Source of the DNA: Histomonas meleagridis 2922-C6/04-290x
Lineage: Eukaryota > Protista > Parabasalia
Direction of reading: 5' to 3'
Length of the DNA: 31,074 nt
Assembly: GCA_020184695.1 (NCBI GenBank)
Contig: JAANOX010000174.1
Span: 1 to 31,074, forward strand
Below are positions 30,001 through 31,074 of the stretch, piece after piece. Below the pieces are notes generated by a model. That model was given only the letters and a program-made list of their open reading frames with translations, was not told where the DNA came from and ran no database searches. Each line of letters opens with the position of its first letter. The stretch's first letter is position 1. A program made the translations under genes and the position numbers.

Positions 30001-31074
30001 TTGGGGTAAAAATAATAAATTTAAAAATTAGAGCTAAATTACCAGATTTATTTAAATATAAAATCGAACCTTTAATAGAAATTTGTAAACCTCAAGATTA
30101 TAATAATTGTAATGATGAAGATTTTTATATTTGGGAAGGTTGCCTTTCTAAAATTAATATGTTAATTCGTGATGAATTAAGAGATATTTTAAAAATTCCG
30201 TTGAATAAAATGTTAAACAGAAGGAACACAGTAGTCACTAGCACAGAAGATAGAATAGATCTTCGTAACAAAGAAATGGAGACACATAATTTATGTAAAA
30301 TTACGTTTTGGTTAAACAAATTTAAAGATTTATATCATAAGCCTCAATCTCAATTTATTCTTAATACAATGTCTAAACTTCAAGAAAAGATTATTAAAAA
30401 CCATCAATTTCCTCCCGGATGAAATAAAATCTATTCTTGAAATTAATGAGCCTCAAGATATTATAAATCTAATACAATCAGCGGAAGACTATTATGAAAA
30501 TAAAATCAAATTCATTGATGCTAAAATTAAAGAAAATCAAGTTAGTAATAATAATAAAAAAAATCAAAACTATAAAGGTTTAGTACAAAATCTTTACATG
30601 GAAGATCCTAGTAGATGTTTACGTTGGTTTATCACTAATAATACGACTCCTGAATGTAAGTTAAATCCTGAAGATTTTTATGATGGAATATGGTAATAAT
30701 TGGAGTCAAGAAAAAAATTTATTAATGACTCCCAGGAATTTGATTTTTAAAGATATTATTAACCCTAATAGTAATGAATTATTATTAAATTATATTTTTT
30801 TGATGATGATAATATTAAACATGCAATTTTTCTAGATCTAATGCGGCTGCTTATGGTCCCGATGGTATTTCTAATTATATTTGGAAATTAGGAGATACTA
30901 CTACTATTAAATTAATTAAAATTACTACTAAAATTACTATGTTAACTAAAAAATGTCCTGAATTATTTAAATTAAGTAAAACAATTATGTTATACAAAAA
31001 AGGTGATGCTCAAAATCCTCATTCTTGGAGACCTATTTCTATTACTCCTACTTTTTATCGTATTTGGATGGTAT
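27001..31074 (+). CDS. Retrotransposon polyprotein (shared N-terminal domain, low-complexity and repeat region, 3x C2H2, start of RT); many single-base frameshifts; 3'-partial
   Basis: All fragments are on + and reconnect across homopolymer indels (e.g. RLF|GNDEQISH at ~27575, TK|TSNP at ~28368). The RT-containing last frame is missing from the supplied ORF track. Confidence 0.8.
28134..28404 (+). repeat. Five tandem 54-nt (18-aa) repeats inside the polyprotein
   Basis: PIINTITSNPINEEHKVI / PINKTIISEPINEEHKVE / PLNKTIISNPIKEKQKVE / PINITKTSKPLVESHINE / PVYTTKTSNPISESHVVI. Confidence 0.85.
29055..29520 (+). other. Three C2H2 zinc fingers of the retrotransposon protein
   Basis: CQCECYKLTKSGNDLISHMTKVH (29055-29123), CPIPNCKYFF...SHITYSH (29247-29321) and CKYCETYWTSDSKGLHNHCKK.H (29450-29520). 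Confidence 0.82.

Larger units (their letters stand above)
26985..31074 (+). mobile_element. Non-LTR retrotransposon, probably RLE-type (R2/R4/NeSL/CRE group); 3' part lies outside the window
   Basis: Three C2H2 fingers, pre-RT motif LYMEDPSRCLRWFI..C.., RT region 0 AYGPDGISNYIWK (GPDG at 30855) and region 1 LYKKGDAQNPHSWRPISITPTFYRIW (WRPIS at 31026). No APE endonuclease is seen upstream of the RT. Confidence 0.88.

Noticed and set aside
21603-31074. Prokaryote-style integrase island at a tRNA 3' end
   Set aside because: The junction geometry is similar, but no tyrosine or serine recombinase is visible, the context is eukaryotic and a non-LTR RT is present. It is not formally excluded until the element's 3' end is seen.

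Overview
AT-rich eukaryotic DNA, most likely from a parabasalid protist (Tritrichomonas/Histomonas/Trichomonas-like), judged from the actin sequence, compact intron-free genes and TCA(Y)T initiator motifs. Bases 1-4.9 kb are degraded, frameshifted coding-like sequence. Bases 5-21.3 kb hold ordinary genes: OTUD6B-like deubiquitinase, PTEN-like phosphatase, NBD-only Hsp70, a 1613-aa ARM/ConA-like protein, 14-3-3, NDK, a putative glycosyltransferase, an OCA6-like pseudophosphatase, a frameshifted actin and FAD synthetase. The main discovery starts at 21.6 kb. An intact tRNA-Asn(GTT) gene (21603-21676) is followed by three head-to-tail insertions, each bounded by an exact copy of the last 14 nt of the tRNA (CCACACGGGAGGAG at 21663, 24345, 26971). 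The first two are near-identical ~2.6-kb elements; their consensus is one ~850-870-aa ORF with no intact RT or endonuclease. The third is a long non-LTR retrotransposon (three C2H2 fingers, then RT motifs GPDGI and KKGD..WRPIS) that runs off the window end. Short and long elements share an unrecognised N-terminal domain, and each places a T7 run right after the tRNA 3' end. This looks like a tRNA-Asn-targeted, tRNA-preserving retrotransposon with a protein-coding non-autonomous partner. Most frameshifts are single bases in homopolymers and may be long-read errors, so intactness cannot be settled from this sequence.
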